Positions 31,856-42,264 of a stretch of 64,000 nt of DNA are shown piece by piece. Where the stretch lies: positions 1,296-65,295 of the forward strand of contig DAISZK010000009.1 of NCBI GenBank assembly GCA_036824855.1. Reading direction: 5' to 3'. A program made the position numbers and the translations under genes. The notes under the pieces are model-generated. The model was not told where the DNA came from. It was given only the letters and a program-made list of their open reading frames with translations, and did not search any database. The stretch is from Chthoniobacterales bacterium. Lineage in GTDB: Bacteria > Verrucomicrobiota > Verrucomicrobiia > Chthoniobacterales > UBA6821. The first letter of the stretch is position 1. Each line of letters starts with the position of its first letter.

Positions 31856-31977
31856 GGTAGTAGTAAATTGAGTCAGAAGATTTATGTGTCGAATCTGCTC
31901 CTGTCAATCATGCACCAAGGAGACAGAGCATAACCCGAGCAGAAGGCGTTCAACTCACGAAAGAAAAACGCTCCCGG

Positions 31978-34197
31978 CTAGCCCCCTTGGGCTGTTTTGG
32001 CGGTGCGAAGATTTTGGATATCCGAAGTCAAATCCTGAATGATGTTGATGGCCTCGTGGCGTATGGGATCGGGTGCTTGGGCGGTATCGGTCTCATCCTC
32101 CTCGGCATCCGGGTCCTTGGTCACCTTATCCCCCGCTGGCTTCTTCTTGATAGTAACCTTGGGGAGAGCGGGCTTGTCGACCGTGTCAAGCGACACCTCG
32201 TAAGCCACGGGTTCGATAACAGGGTGGAGCTTACGCTCTTTTTTGCGTTCCGCCTTGCGGGCTTTTTCCTGCGCAAGCTCTTCCTTGCGAATCTTCTCAT
32301 TAAGTGAAAGCTGATTCAGGTCGAGCTTCTCACGGAATCGCTTCATATCCTCGGAGATGTACCGGAACTCGGGGTCCTTGGAGACTCGATCCGCTGAACG
32401 CTCTTTAAGAGTCGTGATGAAGGGAGAAGTGAAGGCGAACTTGTTCACGGGTTGTGGATCCACTTCGTCGTATGCAAGCGGATTGGGAAGGGAACTCTCA
32501 CCGATCTCAGGAGTGTCCGTGGGCGAAGGAAGGACGATATCGGAAAGCACTCCCCGATGCTGCGTGGACCCACCCGAGACGCGGTAGAACTTCTGGATCG
32601 TGAGTTTGAGCGATCCGGCCTTGGAACCCTCGTCATGAAAAAGCGGCATAAACTTGCCAACATCCAGAAGCGTCTGAACGGTTCCCTTGCCGAAACTGCG
32701 CTGGTCTCCAACGATGACCGCCCTTCCATAATCCTGGAGGGCCGCGGCAAAGATCTCACTGGCAGAAGCGCTTAGCCGATTGGCTAGGACAATGACAGGC
32801 CCCGTGTAAAAGGGTTGCCCCTCCTCATCCTTCGCCACGGTGACTTTGCCGTTCGCATCTTTCGCCTGCACGACTGGACCGCTGCCGACAAAAAGACCCG
32901 TGAGATTGATCGCCTCCTCGAGGGATCCACCACCATCCCGCCTCAGATCGATCACCAGGCCCTCGATTCCCTCCTTCTTCATGCGCTCAATAATGCGACG
33001 AACATCCTTGGTCGTGCTCTTGGCATCCCCCTCTCCATGCTTGTCCATCTCGGCATAGAACGAGGGAACGGTGAGCCATCCAACCTTGACCTGCTTTCCC
33101 TCAGGATTGATGGAATCAATCACCTCACCCTTGGCCTCCGACTCCTTGAGTTTCACCTCCTCACGGGTGATCTCGATGACTTTACGCTTGGAAGGATCGG
33201 TGGCATTCGCAGGGATCACTTGCAGGCGTACCTGACTTCCTTTGGATCCGCGGATCTTCTCCACGACCTTGTCGAGTTTCATGTCGACCACATCTTCAAA
33301 GGGCTGAGCACCCTGGGCGACGGCCGCAATCTTATCATTTGCTTTCAGACGCCCATCTTTGTCAGCAGGCCCCCCGGGCACGACCTCCACAATTTTTGCA
33401 TAACCATCATCAGTTCGCAGCACAGCACCGATTCCCACCAAGGAGAGTCTCATCTGGATGTTGAAATTCTCCATGTCCGAGGGGCTCATGTATTCGGAAT
33501 GAGGATCGTAACTCTGAGAAAGCGCCACCAGGAAGGTCTTGATCACATCCTCGTCACTCTGTTCGTTGATGCTCTTAAGGAATTGATCATATCTCTTGGT
33601 AACAACCTTGGCCGGAGGATTCAGGGGATGTTCGATGAGATTCTCACCAAGCAGTTCGGCCTCGATCCTGTCCGCCCAGAGCTTGTCCGCCTGCTGAAGG
33701 TCGGCGGGCCATGGTGCCTTCTTACGATCAATCTCGACGTTGTTCGTGCTAGCAAAATCATGAGGGGCCGCAGCCAACTCTCGGTTTTTGGCTACTCGGT
33801 CATTAACCCTTTGGCGAAACCGGGTGAAAATCTCACGGGGGGCCGTCAGGTCCCCATGAAGGATATCTGAGGCAAGGGTCGGGGAAAAACGCTGGGTAAA
33901 CTCATCAATATCCCCCTTTGTGAAGTAAAGATGGGTGTAATCGAGCATATTGAAATAGTTCCTCAAAACGCGCTCTGACATTGTCTCAGGTGGCTCGGAC
34001 TCAAGTCTCGGGGGATTTTTTTCCGAGAGTGAGAGCGGATGAAGATAATGCCCCTGTTCAAGCATCCGCGCTACGGTTACTGCGACTGGCGCCATGTCTG
34101 TGGAGGCGGTCTCATTGGTCGGTGACGCTTCACCCCGTGAAAATAAAAACAGGAGGATCAGCAGCACTGATGATAACTTCTTCGTGAGAAAACTCAT
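31978..34197 (-). CDS. prc: Carboxy-terminal processing (tail-specific) protease, S41 family
   Basis: YDPHSEY, GIGAVL, PDZ GGPA, DLRRDGGGSL, SASASEIFA catalytic Ser, FGKGTVQ catalytic Lys; start moved to MSFLTKK. Confidence 0.93.
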   Translation of the reverse strand: MSFLTKKLSSVLLILLFLFSRGEASPTNETASTDMAPVAVTVARMLEQGHYLHPLSLSEKNPPRLESEPPETMSERVLRNYFNMLDYTHLYFTKGDIDEFTQRFSPTLASDILHGDLTAPREIFTRFRQRVNDRVAKNRELAAAPHDFASTNNVEIDRKKAPWPADLQQADKLWADRIEAELLGENLIEHPLNPPAKVVTKRYDQFLKSINEQSDEDVIKTFLVALSQSYDPHSEYMSPSDMENFNIQMRLSLVGIGAVLRTDDGYAKIVEVVPGGPADKDGRLKANDKIAAVAQGAQPFEDVVDMKLDKVVEKIRGSKGSQVRLQVIPANATDPSKRKVIEITREEVKLKESEAKGEVIDSINPEGKQVKVGWLTVPSFYAEMDKHGEGDAKSTTKDVRRIIERMKKEGIEGLVIDLRRDGGGSLEEAINLTGLFVGSGPVVQAKDANGKVTVAKDEEGQPFYTGPVIVLANRLSASASEIFAAALQDYGRAVIVGDQRSFGKGTVQTLLDVGKFMPLFHDEGSKAGSLKLTIQKFYRVSGGSTQHRGVLSDIVLPSPTDTPEIGESSLPNPLAYDEVDPQPVNKFAFTSPFITTLKERSADRVSKDPEFRYISEDMKRFREKLDLNQLSLNEKIRKEELAQEKARKAERKKERKLHPVIEPVAYEVSLDTVDKPALPKVTIKKKPAGDKVTKDPDAEEDETDTAQAPDPIRHEAINIIQDLTSDIQNLRTAKTAQGG

Positions 34198-34244
34198 TAA
34201 ACAGAACCGTTGCAGAGAGTGAGAGGAAAAGCAAACATCATGAA

Positions 34245-34877
34245 ATGGATAGAGATCAGACACACCAAGGATTGAAAATGTTCACTGGAGGAGCGCTGGA
34301 GACCAATTCTTATCTCCTCGCTTGCCCCGAAGGTAACATCCTGATCGATGCTCCTGAAGGTGCGGCCGAGGCATTCAGGGACATTCCGATCGCCATGCTG
34401 TTGCTGACCCACGGTCACTATGACCATGTCTGGGATGCCGCCGCCGTGGCCCGTCACCATAAGTGCCCTGTGGCCATGCATCCGATCACTGAGACAATGC
34501 TCGCGGACAGGAATCTCCTGAAGCGATTTGGAATCGACCTTGAAGTGGAGCCTGTGAAAGCCGATCTAAAACTCCTCGAGGGTCCTTCTCAAAAGCTGCT
34601 CGGGCACTCCTTCGACATTTTCGAGGTGCCCGGTCATTGCCCGGGAAGCCTCTGCATTCACGATACTGGATCGAATCTGCTCTTCGGCGGAGATGTGCTC
34701 TTTGCCGGCGGGGTCGGACGTTGGGATCTGCCGGGAGGTGACCGCGAACTCCTCCTCACGGGTATTTCCAAAAAACTGCTCCCCCTCCCCGGCCATACCA
34801 TCGTCCTTCCGGGGCATGGTCCTTCGACAACGATCGCCGAAGAAAAAACAAATAACCCTTACCTGCAGGGGAACTGA
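34245..34877 (+). CDS. MBL-fold metallo-hydrolase (glyoxalase II-like)
   Basis: LTHGHYDH, PGHCPG, GDVLF, PGHG motifs. Confidence 0.92.
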   Translation: MDRDQTHQGLKMFTGGALETNSYLLACPEGNILIDAPEGAAEAFRDIPIAMLLLTHGHYDHVWDAAAVARHHKCPVAMHPITETMLADRNLLKRFGIDLEVEPVKADLKLLEGPSQKLLGHSFDIFEVPGHCPGSLCIHDTGSNLLFGGDVLFAGGVGRWDLPGGDRELLLTGISKKLLPLPGHTIVLPGHGPSTTIAEEKTNNPYLQGN

Positions 34878-34962
34878 TAAGGATGGTGTCGTGCTTGCGG
34901 GAATTGCTTACTGACTCGATCTCAGCTCGACAGAGGGATTCCCATTGCAGTAGTGAAATGGG

Positions 34963-36240
34963 ATGCCCTCCTTTGCGTACGTAGCCCTTGATGCCCAAGG
35001 TCAACAAGTCACTGATTACATCGATGCCGCCAACCAATCTGAGGCGGTCAACACCCTGAGAGGACAAGGGCTCTTTCCGACAAGCGTCAAAGAGCAGGCC
35101 AGGACCACCAAGGCCAAAGCAGGAAAGGGTGCAAAAGCCGCCAAGAGCTCCTCTGCCAAGGGCAAGAGTATTACGATACCTTTCCTCGAAAAGAAGACGA
35201 TCAAGAGTGCGACGCTCATGGTGTTCACCAGACAGCTCGCCACACTCATCGATGCAGGTCTTCCCCTGTTGCGGGGCCTGACAGTTCTTGGAAAACAGGA
35301 GCCTGATCCCGTCCTCAAAAAAACCATCACCCAGCTTGCCGAGGCCGTTCAAGGCGGAGGAACTTTCAGTGACGGCCTCAACGCCCATCCCAAGATCTTC
35401 AATAAACTTTATGTGAACATGGTGAAGGCGGGTGAGCTCGGCGGTGTGCTCGAGGTTGTTCTGAACCGACTTGCAGAATTCCAGGAGAAGGCCCAGAAGG
35501 TGAAGGGCAAGGTGAAATCAGCAATGATGTATCCGGCCATCGTCATGGTGATCGCCGTGATCATCATGGGTTTCCTTTTGGTATTCATTGTTCCGAAATT
35601 CGAGCAGATTTTCGCCGACATGCTCGGCGGCAAGCCACTTCCCCTGCTGACACAGATTGTCATTAGCTCGAGCAGATTCGTTCAGCATCAATTCATCCTG
35701 ATCGGGGTGGCCGTCGGCGCCCTCGTCTTTGGTTTGAAATTCATGGCCGCATCGCCCAAAGGAGCGATCGCCTTGGATCACTTCATGCTCAAGGCCCCGC
35801 TGTTCGGTGACTTGACTCGCAAAAACGGTATTTCCCGGTTCACAAGAACCCTAGGAACACTCGTAACCAGCGGCGTTCCGATCCTTCAGGCTCTGAATAT
35901 CACGAAGGAAACTGCCGGCAACGCGATTATTTCCAACGCAATTTCCAAGATCCATGACGCAGTAAAGGAGGGCGAATCCATCGTTCGTCCGATGGAAGCC
36001 AGCGGCGTCTTCCCTGCAATGGTCATCAGTATGGTGGACGTTGGTGAGGAAACAGGTCAGCTCCCCGAGATGCTTCTCAAGGTAGCCGACCTTTACGATG
36101 ATGAGGTCGACAGTGCCGTAGCCGGACTCACCTCACTGATGGAACCGATCATGATCGTCTTCCTCGCTGTTGTCGTGGGATCGATCGTCATCGCACTCTT
36201 CCTGCCGCTCATTAGCATCATTAGCGGCATGCAGCAATAA
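34963..36240 (+). CDS. pilC: Type II secretion / type IV pilus platform protein (GspF/PilC)
   Basis: FTRQLATLIDAGLP, YVNMVKAGELGG, MMYP, GEETGQL duplicated T2SSF domains. Confidence 0.93.
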   Translation: MPSFAYVALDAQGQQVTDYIDAANQSEAVNTLRGQGLFPTSVKEQARTTKAKAGKGAKAAKSSSAKGKSITIPFLEKKTIKSATLMVFTRQLATLIDAGLPLLRGLTVLGKQEPDPVLKKTITQLAEAVQGGGTFSDGLNAHPKIFNKLYVNMVKAGELGGVLEVVLNRLAEFQEKAQKVKGKVKSAMMYPAIVMVIAVIIMGFLLVFIVPKFEQIFADMLGGKPLPLLTQIVISSSRFVQHQFILIGVAVGALVFGLKFMAASPKGAIALDHFMLKAPLFGDLTRKNGISRFTRTLGTLVTSGVPILQALNITKETAGNAIISNAISKIHDAVKEGESIVRPMEASGVFPAMVISMVDVGEETGQLPEMLLKVADLYDDEVDSAVAGLTSLMEPIMIVFLAVVVGSIVIALFLPLISIISGMQQ

Positions 36241-36248
36241 GACCCATC

Positions 36249-36710
36249 ATGACATTCCTTAAAAAACATCGCCCTGAATCAGCATTTACCCTTGTTGAAT
36301 TACTGATCGTGATCGCGATCATCGCGATCCTTGCCTCGCTTGTCTTGGCAGCAGCCGGAGGCGTTCAGAAGAAAGGTGCGCGCTCGCGCACCGAGGGCGA
36401 AATTGCTGCTATTGTAGCCGCCATGGAGAGTTTCAAGGCTGATAACGGTGACTATCCAACCAACAGTCTCTCAAACTCATCAGCATGTCTTGTGACCAGC
36501 CTCATGCCAACTAATGGAGGCAAGGTCTACTACGAGTTCAAGACCAAGTGGCTTGATGCCAGTAACAACTATCTGGACCCCTTCGGTAATTCCTACAATT
36601 ACATCTACACGAATGGAGCCCCGAACAATGGCTCGAACAACTACGATCTCTGGTCAACCGCGGGTAATACCAGTGACACCAATCCCACTCATTGGATCAA
36701 GAATTGGTAA
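36249..36710 (+). CDS. Prepilin / GspG-like pseudopilin
   Basis: A|FTLVELLIVIAIIAIL class III signal; DNGDYP; LDPFGNSYNY, YDLWS T2SSG-like C-terminus. Confidence 0.88.
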   Translation: MTFLKKHRPESAFTLVELLIVIAIIAILASLVLAAAGGVQKKGARSRTEGEIAAIVAAMESFKADNGDYPTNSLSNSSACLVTSLMPTNGGKVYYEFKTKWLDASNNYLDPFGNSYNYIYTNGAPNNGSNNYDLWSTAGNTSDTNPTHWIKNW

Positions 36711-36745
36711 AAATCCCCTAAAGAGCAGGCATCAAACCTCTCAGA

Positions 36746-37363
36746 TCACCCGATCGTTCTGAGGTTCCCCCAACCCTCAATCACGATTTGGGACCAGCTT
36801 TCGAGCTGATCATTACGCTCGGATAGTTCCTCACGGCTTAGGAATCCAAGCTCGGCAATCGCCTCCTCATTGGCCGTGACGGCAGGTTCGGCAAGATGGC
36901 ACTGATGGACGATTCCTAAGTGAACGGCTCCCACAGGGTTTGAATCATCATTGAGTAGAGCCAGGGGGCGTTCAATGAAGGGGCTGCCGATGGAGATCTC
37001 CTCTTGGAGTTCACGCATGAGAGCCCTCTGATAGGCAGCCGTGTCGAAGGCATCACCCAGACCATCACCGTCATTGATATGACCACCGATGCCCACGGAA
37101 CCTTTTTTGAGCAGGCGGGTTTCACCGGAACCGCTTCCGCGACGGTAATGAAGGATCTTCTCTCCGGCAGTCACGACAACGTAGGGGATCAACTGCTTGA
37201 GCGACGGATCTTCCTCAGCCTCAACCCGGGGAACGAAGAAATGATTGCCCGGTTGCAGAAAGACCGGGAGGTAGCGGCTGATCTCAGGATTGAGGCCGTG
37301 AAAGGAACCGATTGCATCAAAAAGGGAACGGCGGATAACGAGGACTTGTTCGGTGGAAGACAT
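36746..37363 (-). CDS. NUDIX-like phosphoesterase (COG4112 type)
   Basis: EEDPSLKQLIPY, SVGIGGHIN, RELQEE, DDSNPVGAVHLG; start moved to MSSTEQ. Confidence 0.82.
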   Translation of the reverse strand: MSSTEQVLVIRRSLFDAIGSFHGLNPEISRYLPVFLQPGNHFFVPRVEAEEDPSLKQLIPYVVVTAGEKILHYRRGSGSGETRLLKKGSVGIGGHINDGDGLGDAFDTAAYQRALMRELQEEISIGSPFIERPLALLNDDSNPVGAVHLGIVHQCHLAEPAVTANEEAIAELGFLSREELSERNDQLESWSQIVIEGWGNLRTIG

Positions 37364-37375
37364 AATGAAGTTGAT

Positions 37376-37403
37376 AGACTGAAGGCTGAAGAAGGTTAGG
37401 CAA
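37376..37403. repeat. Heptamer repeat, AGGCTGA family (copy 2)
   Basis: GTTGATAGACTGAAGGCTGAAGA versus GTTGTTAGACTGAAGGCTGAAGA near 4131: one mismatch in 23. Confidence 0.7.
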
Positions 37404-37413
37404 GCGCCAAAAA

Positions 37414-38067
37414 TCACTCTCCCAGATAATGGCTCAATTTTTCCCTGAGCGTGTTCCGAGCGCGAAAAAGCAGGCTTTTCACAGCCGGAAGACTCAGGGA
37501 AAGCACGATAGCAATCTCTTCATAAGGCATCTCTTCGTAGCGTCGTAGAATCACCGCAAGCCGTTCCTTCTCCGGTAGAGAGGCTAAGGCTGTCTCGATG
37601 GCCCGATGCAGTTCCTTCCCAAGAAGCTGTTGATCAGGCCCGGGTGTTTCATCGGGATGGTCAGGGCGATCATCATCCGGTTCGCGGGACTGGGGAAGCA
37701 ACCGCGCACGCCCCCTTCTGCGGGATTCGTTAAAAACCAAGCGCTTGGCAATCGTCAGGAGCCATGTGGTAAACTTGGCCTCCGGACGCCAGCGGGGAGC
37801 TGATCTCCAGACATTGAGAAAGACCTGCTGGGCTAGATCTTCGGCCTCAGAGAATCCGATCATACGGGTAACTGTGGCGATGACGAGACTCTGATGCCGC
37901 TCCACAAGCTGACGGAAGGCCAAGGTATCTCCTGACGCGATACGCTTCATCAACTCCTCGTCAGTCTCCTGGGACTCATGAGGCTCATGGGCCACATCTA
38001 ACTTTTGGGACTCTGGGGGAATCTCCATCACTTCAGTGAGAGTGTCATTCACTCCCATTCTAATCAA
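37414..38067 (-). CDS. ECF sigma-70 factor
   Basis: DEELM...GD..AF..LV.RH, AEDLAQQVFL, F.TWL..IA, region 4 YEEIA..L....VKSLLFRAR. Confidence 0.93.
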   Translation of the reverse strand: MIRMGVNDTLTEVMEIPPESQKLDVAHEPHESQETDEELMKRIASGDTLAFRQLVERHQSLVIATVTRMIGFSEAEDLAQQVFLNVWRSAPRWRPEAKFTTWLLTIAKRLVFNESRRRGRARLLPQSREPDDDRPDHPDETPGPDQQLLGKELHRAIETALASLPEKERLAVILRRYEEMPYEEIAIVLSLSLPAVKSLLFRARNTLREKLSHYLGE

Positions 38068-38074
38068 CCTTCGC

Positions 38075-38695
38075 CTAGCACCTCTTCACCGCAATCCTGC
38101 CAATCGGATCTCCCTTAGCCCTGAAAATCGTCTCAAATTCCGTAACGGGCCTCTGAAGTTCATCTTCCCAAGATGTTTCCAGCCAACCCCCATGAAGGAG
38201 AAGCTGCTCTTTCATGGAGGCAAAGTATCCGAGATGATCGGTCTGAAGGCGGAGAACACCATCGGGCTTTAATTTGGTTACGGCTACCTCCAGAAACGAA
38301 ACATTCACGAGCCTTCGAAACCAATGTCGTCGCTTGGGCCAAGGATCGGGAAAAGAGACATGGAGCGTATCGAGAAAGCCGTCAGGAATCAGCTCATCAA
38401 GGGACTCTTTCCCCCACCCCCTCCAGAGGGCAGCATTGGGGATTCCGAGGCGCTCGATCTTCTTGTTTCCACGCTTCACCCGATCGGAAATCCCTTCGAT
38501 CCCCGCAAAAAAAACCGTCGGGTTAAGGATTGCGCTCTCGCTCAGAAATTTGCCTTTGGAAGCACCAAAATCACATTCGACCTTGGAAAAAGGTCGGGAC
38601 TTCAGAATTAGCTCCTCTCTCGCCGCCTTAAGATCCTGATTGGGCGTCATCCGACCGGGAGTCGGAACCACTTCGAGATCTACCTTCCTGACCAC
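38075..38695 (-). CDS. trmB: tRNA (guanine-N7)-methyltransferase
   Basis: DFGASKG SAM motif, FPDPWPKRRH..RRLV, QTDH..Y, TEFE. Confidence 0.88.
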   Translation of the reverse strand: MVRKVDLEVVPTPGRMTPNQDLKAAREELILKSRPFSKVECDFGASKGKFLSESAILNPTVFFAGIEGISDRVKRGNKKIERLGIPNAALWRGWGKESLDELIPDGFLDTLHVSFPDPWPKRRHWFRRLVNVSFLEVAVTKLKPDGVLRLQTDHLGYFASMKEQLLLHGGWLETSWEDELQRPVTEFETIFRAKGDPIGRIAVKRC

Positions 38696-38699
38696 AAAA

Positions 38700-39980
38700 T
38701 CAAGCGGCGTCTTTTTCCTGCCGGCGTCGGATCAGAGCTGATTTTCGACCTTCGACAACAGCACGGTTGAGAGTTACCCCGGCAAGATCCTCGCGATCAG
38801 GAGCATCATACATGACATCCAACATGATCTTCTCAAGAAGCGAGCGGAGGGCGCGGGCTCCCGTTCCTTTCTTAAGAGCCAATTCGGCAAGGGCCACGAG
38901 TGCATCCTTGGTAACATTGAGGGAAATGTCATCCATGGCTAGCAGCTTCGTGAACTGCTTGATCAGGGCATTGCGTGGCTCGGTAAGGATGCGAACAAGT
39001 TCCTCTTCATTGAGCTGTTGAAGAGTTGTCAGAACCGGAAGGCGACCAATGAACTCCGGGATCATGCCAAAGGAAAGGAGATCTTCGGGTTCGACAGACT
39101 CCAGAATCTTCAGCTCATCCATGATCCCTTCGTGATCTTGAGATTTTGCATGGAAACCGAGGGTCTTGCCAGCAGTGCGCCTCTGGATGATTTTATCGAG
39201 TCCCACAAAGGCCCCGCCACAAATGAAGAGGATATTCTGAGTGTTGAGTTGGATGTATTCTTGATGCGGGTGCTTGCGTCCCCCCTGCGGAGGCACATTG
39301 CACGTAGTGGCTTCCAGAATCTTCAGCAGAGCCTGCTGGACACCCTCTCCGGAGACATCGCGCGTGATGGAGACGTTATCTGTCTTGCGGCCTATCTTGT
39401 CGATCTCATCGATGTAAACAATGCCGATCTCGGCTTTCTTGACATCGTAATCGGCATTCTGAAGAAGGCGCAGGACGATATTCTCCACATCCTCACCCAC
39501 ATAGCCGGCCTCGGTTAGAGTCGTGGCGTCGGCGATGCAGAATGGGACATCCAGAATGCGTGCGAGCGTGCGGGCAAGAAGGGTTTTCCCGGAGCCGGTT
39601 GGACCGATCAGAAGGACATTGCTTTTCTCGATCTCCACATCGGCAAGCCCCTCGGAGAGGAGACCGGGAGAGAATCCTTCACGCTCCAGAGCAATGCGCT
39701 TGTAGTGATTGTGAACGGCGACCGAAAGGGTCCTCTTAGCCAGATCTTGACCAATGACATGAGCATCCAGTTCACGACGAATCTCGGAGGGTTTCGGAAC
39801 CCTGAGTTGATGCATTCCGTGTTCACTTCCAACCTCGACGCTCTCCTTGTCGAGGATCCCCTTGCAGACCGTGATGCAGCTATCGCAGATGTAGACACCG
39901 GGTCCGGCAATGAGTTTGCGGACCTCGGCGTGACTCTTTCCGCAGAAGGAGCACATCGTGAGATTGCTGGTTCGAGCCAT
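38700..39980 (-). CDS. clpX: ATP-dependent Clp protease ATP-binding subunit
   Basis: CSFCGK zinc finger, [34 protein letters not shown]. Confidence 0.99.
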   Translation of the reverse strand: MARTSNLTMCSFCGKSHAEVRKLIAGPGVYICDSCITVCKGILDKESVEVGSEHGMHQLRVPKPSEIRRELDAHVIGQDLAKRTLSVAVHNHYKRIALEREGFSPGLLSEGLADVEIEKSNVLLIGPTGSGKTLLARTLARILDVPFCIADATTLTEAGYVGEDVENIVLRLLQNADYDVKKAEIGIVYIDEIDKIGRKTDNVSITRDVSGEGVQQALLKILEATTCNVPPQGGRKHPHQEYIQLNTQNILFICGGAFVGLDKIIQRRTAGKTLGFHAKSQDHEGIMDELKILESVEPEDLLSFGMIPEFIGRLPVLTTLQQLNEEELVRILTEPRNALIKQFTKLLAMDDISLNVTKDALVALAELALKKGTGARALRSLLEKIMLDVMYDAPDREDLAGVTLNRAVVEGRKSALIRRRQEKDAA

Positions 39981-40011
39981 GATCTCAGGAGATTGGAACT
40001 AGGAAAGTGGA

Positions 40012-40662
40012 TTACTCGACAGAATCCTTGGCCTTCTCGGGAGGATTCTTGAGTTCCTTACGATACTTCACCACCTCATCAACGATGCCATAATCCTTAG
40101 CCTCTTCGGCGGTCATGTAGTAGTCGCGATCAGCGTCCTTACGAACCTGCTCCTCTGTCTTGCCGGTATTCTCAGCGATGATGCGGGCCAAGCGGCGGTT
40201 CAACTTGTACATGAACTCGACACTGCGCTCGACATCACTGGCAGTACCCTGGGCACCGCCAGAGACCTGGTGGATCATGATGTCCGAATTAGGGAGAGCA
40301 AACCTCTTCCCCTTGGTTCCAGAGCAGAGAAGAAAGGCCCCCATACTCGCGGCCATTCCCATGCAGTAGGTATTCACATCACACGTGACGAATTGCATCG
40401 TGTCATAGATCGCGAGTCCAGCAGTGACGGATCCACCCGGGGAGTTGATGTAAATGTGAATATCTTTTTTTGCATCCTCCATCTGAAGGAAGAGCAACTG
40501 AGCGATGACCAGATTGGAGACATAGTCATCAATTCCGGTTCCAATGAAGATGATCCTGTCTTTGAGAAGGCGGGAGTAGATGTCGTAGCTCCGCTCGCCA
40601 CGGCCCGTCTGCTCAACCACCATCGGGACGAGCATCGAGGATTGAGGTTGGAAATTGGACAT
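40012..40662 (-). CDS. clpP: ATP-dependent Clp protease proteolytic subunit
   Basis: [42 protein letters not shown]; start at ATG 40662 just after tig stop. Confidence 0.98.
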   Translation of the reverse strand: MSNFQPQSSMLVPMVVEQTGRGERSYDIYSRLLKDRIIFIGTGIDDYVSNLVIAQLLFLQMEDAKKDIHIYINSPGGSVTAGLAIYDTMQFVTCDVNTYCMGMAASMGAFLLCSGTKGKRFALPNSDIMIHQVSGGAQGTASDVERSVEFMYKLNRRLARIIAENTGKTEEQVRKDADRDYYMTAEEAKDYGIVDEVVKYRKELKNPPEKAKDSVE

Positions 40663-40663
40663 T

Positions 40664-42061
40664 TTAGTGGTCATGCCCGCAACCGGGGCCATGGACATGG
40701 GGTTCTTCATCATGAGAGTGGGTGGTTTCTGGATTAGAGGCGATTGGCTTGGGATCTTCTCCGTTCACCCTAGCATGGGAAACGACCACATCAAGGGCCT
40801 TGCCCAAAGCGATCTCCTCTTCGATCCCAGCGATGGCATGATGCTTTTGAAGTTCCTTCAAGAGCTTCTGAGGAGTCATCTGATAACGCTCGGCCATGTT
40901 GGTGATGCGCCAGGCGAGTTCCTCACGAGAAACCCGGATATTCTCCTTGGTGACAATTTCTCCAAGAATGAAGTTTAGCTTCACCTTGTCGCCTGCACTC
41001 TGGCGGGCAGCCCCGAGAAGTTCTTCCTGATGAGAACGAAGCTCCTCCTCACTCACACCGCGGGACTGGTTTTCCTGAATGATCTCCTTGAGAATCGCGG
41101 TGCTCTCCTGCTGAACCATCGTGGAAGGAGCATCGATGGAAACCATGGCCAGCAGTTGCTTCACGGCTTCGCCGCGAACAGCACTGGCGAAGTTCTGGGT
41201 CGCATTGATCGTCAGGCGCTCACGCACCTGCTCGCGGATCTGTTCCAGCGTGCTACCCGGGCTCAGCTTTGCAGCGAAAGCATCGTCGAGGGGAGGCAAC
41301 TCGCGCTCCTTGATCTCGTGGAGTGTCACTTTATAAGTAACCTTATAACCACGCAGCTTCTCCTCACCGAATTCCGTCGGGAAGCTGACAGTGCAATCGC
41401 GCGTCTCACCGGTCTTCATACCTACCATGGCGGGGGCAAGGCCCGGGATCGGACGATCCTCCTCGAGCTTAATCCAGAAATTCTTACGTCCGAGATAAGT
41501 CGGCTGGAGATCGGGGTACGTTTCGGCCAGTGTCTTCCCCTCGATGGAGCCCTCGTAATCAAGAACCGCAAAATCACCCATGGCCAGATCGCGTCCCTCA
41601 GCGGTCTTGAACTCGGCAAGATCCCCGCGCAATCCATCCAGGAACTGCGCAACCTGAGTCTCGTCGACGACAGGCTTTTCAAGCGTGATATCCAGCCCCT
41701 TGTACTCGGGGAGATTCACTGGAGGACGGATCACAACCGTTGCGGTGAAGCGGAGGGAACGGTCCCCCTCCAACTTGATATCGCGAACATTCGGGCTCTG
41801 GACAGGTGAGAGCTTCTGCTCATTGAGCGCCTCGCGCACAGCGGAGTCGAGGAGCTTGCGGGTCACTTCCTGCTCGATGTCAGGTCCGTACTTCTTCTCG
41901 ACGATGGCGAGGGGGGCCTTGCCCTTGCGGAAGCCGGGAAGGTTTACCAGACGGCGGTATTCATTGCCGACTTCCTTCCACTCCGACTGGAAGCGCTCGG
42001 GCGGAAGTTCAATGTGCAGGTCGACGATGCAGGTCTCTTTCTGTTCTGTGGTGACTTTCAT
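40664..42061 (-). CDS. tig: Trigger factor with His/Cys-rich C-terminal tail
   Basis: [10 protein letters not shown] ribosome-binding signature, FKBP domain, tig-clpP-clpX synteny; start moved to MKVTTE. Confidence 0.95.
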   Translation of the reverse strand: MKVTTEQKETCIVDLHIELPPERFQSEWKEVGNEYRRLVNLPGFRKGKAPLAIVEKKYGPDIEQEVTRKLLDSAVREALNEQKLSPVQSPNVRDIKLEGDRSLRFTATVVIRPPVNLPEYKGLDITLEKPVVDETQVAQFLDGLRGDLAEFKTAEGRDLAMGDFAVLDYEGSIEGKTLAETYPDLQPTYLGRKNFWIKLEEDRPIPGLAPAMVGMKTGETRDCTVSFPTEFGEEKLRGYKVTYKVTLHEIKERELPPLDDAFAAKLSPGSTLEQIREQVRERLTINATQNFASAVRGEAVKQLLAMVSIDAPSTMVQQESTAILKEIIQENQSRGVSEEELRSHQEELLGAARQSAGDKVKLNFILGEIVTKENIRVSREELAWRITNMAERYQMTPQKLLKELQKHHAIAGIEEEIALGKALDVVVSHARVNGEDPKPIASNPETTHSHDEEPHVHGPGCGHDH

Positions 42062-42219
42062 GATGAGCCGAGTAGCAAAGCAGGGAGTCCCGCACCGGAC
42101 AATCTCCAAAGGTGATTTTTTGGGTAGCTGAAAGATTCGTGTAGAACTCAGGAAGTCAGGAAAAGAAAATGACTTCCATGCCAAAGCCCAAATTCCCTCG
42201 CGAGCATCTCTTCCTTGGC

Positions 42220-42255
42220 CTATCAGTCTAAAAGCCTTCAGCCTAACAGCCTTTT
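42220..42255. repeat. Heptamer repeat, AGGCTGA family (copy 3, reverse)
   Basis: Reverse complement AGGCTGT TAGGCTG AAGGCTT TTAGACTG ATAG. Confidence 0.6.
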
Positions 42256-42264
42256 GATACCCTC

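Noticed and set aside
31398-31871. Gly/Ala-rich + strand ORF
   Set aside because: Reverse reading of the Pro-rich gene; the - strand product has a coherent TM tail and is co-oriented with neighbours
32815-33870. 351-aa + strand ORF
   Set aside because: Antisense shadow of prc
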